Notes under the pieces: generated by a model
Told to the model about the DNA's origin: nothing
What the model saw: only the letters and a program-made list of their open reading frames with translations
The model's database searches: none
DNA from: an uncultured delta proteobacterium
GTDB lineage: Bacteria; Desulfobacterota; Binatia; UBA9968
NCBI GenBank assembly: GCA_963847445.1
Contig: CAWJZV010000030.1
Coordinates: forward strand, 160,001 to 224,000
DNA: 64,000 bases
Reading direction: 5' to 3'
Made by a program: the position numbers and the translations under genes
Shown here: positions 61,205-64,000 of the stretch, in pieces
Layout of the letters: each line of letters opens with the position of its first letter
How positions within the stretch are numbered: position 1 is the first letter of the stretch

Positions 61205-64000
61205 TTAATGAAAATCCCGGCTGCGCGCACTCGTCGGCTGCAGCTCTACTCTCGGCTCCCAGAGTCGTTCAGCCACTAGATGCACCACGCCGTCCTCCGC
61301 TTGCAGTTTGCCGCTGATGCCGAGAAAGCTCACCGTCTTCGCCAAGACTGCGTAGCGCTGGAACACACTCTCCCAGACAACCACGTTGACGAAACCGGTT
61401 TCATCCTCCAGCGTCATAAACACCACGCCGCCGGCGGTGCCCGGCCGTTGCCGGCAGATCACCAAGCCGGCGTAGTGAATCTTTTCACCATTCCTCATCG
61501 TTGCCACAGTGCCGGCGTCCGGCAGCCCCTGGCGGTTTAAATCTCCCCGCAGCGGCTCCAACGGGTGACGCCGGGCGCTATGCGCCGTGCGCCGATAGTC
61601 CCAGCCGACTTCTTCGAAGTCAGTGAGTGGCGCGAAGTCCGGGATTGGCTTCCTCTACCGACATCGTCAACGACTGTTCTCGGGCTTGAACCAGGCGGCG
61701 CACATCCCAAAGAGCGTTGCGCCGAGCCACACTTAAACCATCGAAAGCACCTGCCTCCGCTAGCGCACATAAACTCCCCTCGTCGAGTCCGGTACGCCGA
61801 ACGAAATCCGCCAATGAGACGAACGGCCTCACCCGCCGTACGGCTTCGACTCTCTGCCAATTACCTTCGCCCATGCTTTTGACATAGCGCAACCCCATGC
61901 GCACGGCGAAGCCCCCAGCGCTTTCACTGCAACACTCCAGCGTGCAATCCCAGTCGCTCGCTTGCACGTCGATGGAGCGAACCGCGACGCGATGCCGCTT
62001 GGCATCTTCGACGATCGTCGCCGGCGTGTAAAAGCCCATGGGTTGGGCGTTGAGCAACGAGCATGAGTATTCGGCATGGTAGTGGCACTTCAACCATGCG
62101 GTCGCATAAGCGATCAGCGCAAAGCTCGCCGCGTGGCTTTCCGGAAAACCATATTCGCCGAAGCCGCGAATCTGCTCGAAGACCCGCTCGGCGAACTCGG
62201 CGGCGATGCCTTTGGCCTGCATGCGCGTGATCAAGCGCTCGCGGTGGCGCTCCATCCGTCCGGTGCGGTGCCAGGCCGCCATGTCGCGGCGCAGTTGATC
62301 CGCTTCGCCGGGCGTGTAATCGGCGGCGATCATCGCCAAGCGCATCACCTGTTCTTGAAACAGCGGCACGCCGAGGGTTTTTTTCAACACCGGCTCTAGC
62401 GACGGATGCGGATACGCCACTGTCTTCCTTGCCCTGGCGTCGCCGCAGATAGGGATGCACCATGCCGCCGGTGATCGGCCCAGGGCGAACGATGCTGATC
62501 TCGATGACCAGATCGTAGAAGTTACGCGGCCGCAGCCGCGGCAGCATCGCCATCTGGGCGCGGCTTTCGATTTGGAACACGCCCACCGTGTCGCCTTTAC
62601 AGATCATATCGAAGGTCGCTTCATCGCGCGCTGGGATCGTCGCCATCGACAGCTCGACGCCGCGCTGTTCGCGCAGGAGCTTGAAGCAGAGATCGAGCTG
62701 GGTGAGCCCGCCCAGGCCGAGCAGGTCGACTTTAAACAGGCCGAGAGCTTCGACGTCTTCTTTGTCCCACTGGATCACCGTGCGCTCGGCCATCGTGGCG
62801 TTTTCGATCGGCACCATGTCGTGCACCGGTTCGTGGCCGAGCAGAAACCCGCCGGGGTGGATCGACAGATGGCGTGGAAAATCTAAAATCTCGTTGGCGA
62901 GCTGCAGCAGATGCTCATGCAGCCCGGTGGCCGGATCGACACCCAACGTCTGCCAACACTTCCGGCCGGACGTTTTCGTAGGATGATAAAAACTTCGCCA
63001 CCCGATCGAGCGCAGTCTCGGAAATCCCCAAAGCCTTGCCGACATCGCGCAGCGCCGAGCGCGACCGGTAGCGCACCACGTTGGCAACCATGGCGGCGCG
63101 GTCGCGGCCGTATTTCTGATAAACATGCTGGATCACTTCCTCGCGCCGGCCATGCTGGATGTCGAGATCGATGTCCGGCGGCTCGGCGCGCTCCATGGAA
63201 ATGAAGCGCTCGAAGAGCAAATCCATACGCACCGGATCGATAGCCGTGATGCCGAGGCAATAACAGACAACCGAATTCGCCGCCGAGCCGCGTCCCTGGC
63301 AAAGTATGCCGTTGGCCCGGCAGAACTCGACGATCTCCCACATGGTGAGGAAGTAGCCGGGATAGTCGAGCGCTTCGATGATCTCCAGCTCTTTCTCCAA
63401 CTGCGCCGCCACCGTTTCCGGAAGGCGCTCGCCGTAACGCCCACGCGCGCCGTCGAACACTTGCCGGCGCAACCACTCCGCCGAAGTCATGCCACCGGGC
63501 AATTGTTCCGATGGATAGCGATAGTGAATTTCCGCGAGAGAGAAGTTGCAGCGCTCGGCTATCTCCAGCGTCCTCTCCATCGCCGCCGGATCGTCGGCGA
63601 AAAGCCTGGCGAAAGCGTAGGGCGGCTTTAAAGCAAACTCGGCGTTGGGTTTTAATTTTCGCCCACAGGCAGCAACGGGAACGCCATGGCGAATCGCCGT
63701 CAAGACATCCTGCAAACGGCGCCGCGACGGATTGTGATAGAGCACTTCGTTGGCCGCGATCGATGGAATATCGAAGCGCTTCATGCGCTCACGCCAATCC
63801 CTTTCCAGCGCCGACCTCCTCCTCACAACGATGGCGCGCGATCATGCCATAAAGCCGATCGCCGAAGGCGTCGTGCAATCGGCCTGTGACTTTGTCCAAA
63901 GCCGCCTTGCCCACGGCGCGTTCTTTTCCGTCATTCCCGCGCACGCGGGAATCCAGGTCTGTTTTTTTCCCTGCGTAGCCATTCGTCTGAATGCCCGCTT
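61205..64000 (-). CDS. dnaE2: Error-prone DNA polymerase DnaE2 (5' end off window; several frameshifts)
   Basis: [67 protein letters not shown], terminal SRDFH. Confidence 0.93.

Overview
GC-rich bacterial chromosomal window. Gene content (ccsA-hemA-hemC-hemD-hemB cluster, many SsuA/NMT1-type binding proteins, amidohydrolases, LLM, OCD-like and UbiD genes) suggests a deltaproteobacteria-like lineage, possibly Candidatus Binatia; this is inference only. About 25-30 genes, including housekeeping-type ones such as hemD and ccsA, are split by single-base indels, most likely uncorrected long-read errors. Highlights: (1) An integron-type cassette array with no intI (about 35780-39560, minus strand): an attI-like site, an EF-Tu-domain-3-like cassette and a MazEF-type TA cassette. 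A 2.4 kb element encoding a tyrosine recombinase plus an IS91-like HUH transposase sits in inverted orientation exactly at the GTT of one attC R'' box. Removing it restores a canonical attC, and its joined ends form an attC-like hairpin, so it is a candidate attC-targeting rolling-circle element. (2) Two selenoprotein genes missed by the ORF track: an exported peroxiredoxin (FSPT-U) and a GST (T-U-PYA), each with a SECIS-like hairpin. (3) Several families of intergenic palindromic repeats, some nested, and one translated in frame inside dnaE2. (4) A copper cluster with a cytochrome c-CusF fusion. No rRNA, tRNA or CRISPR array was recognised.
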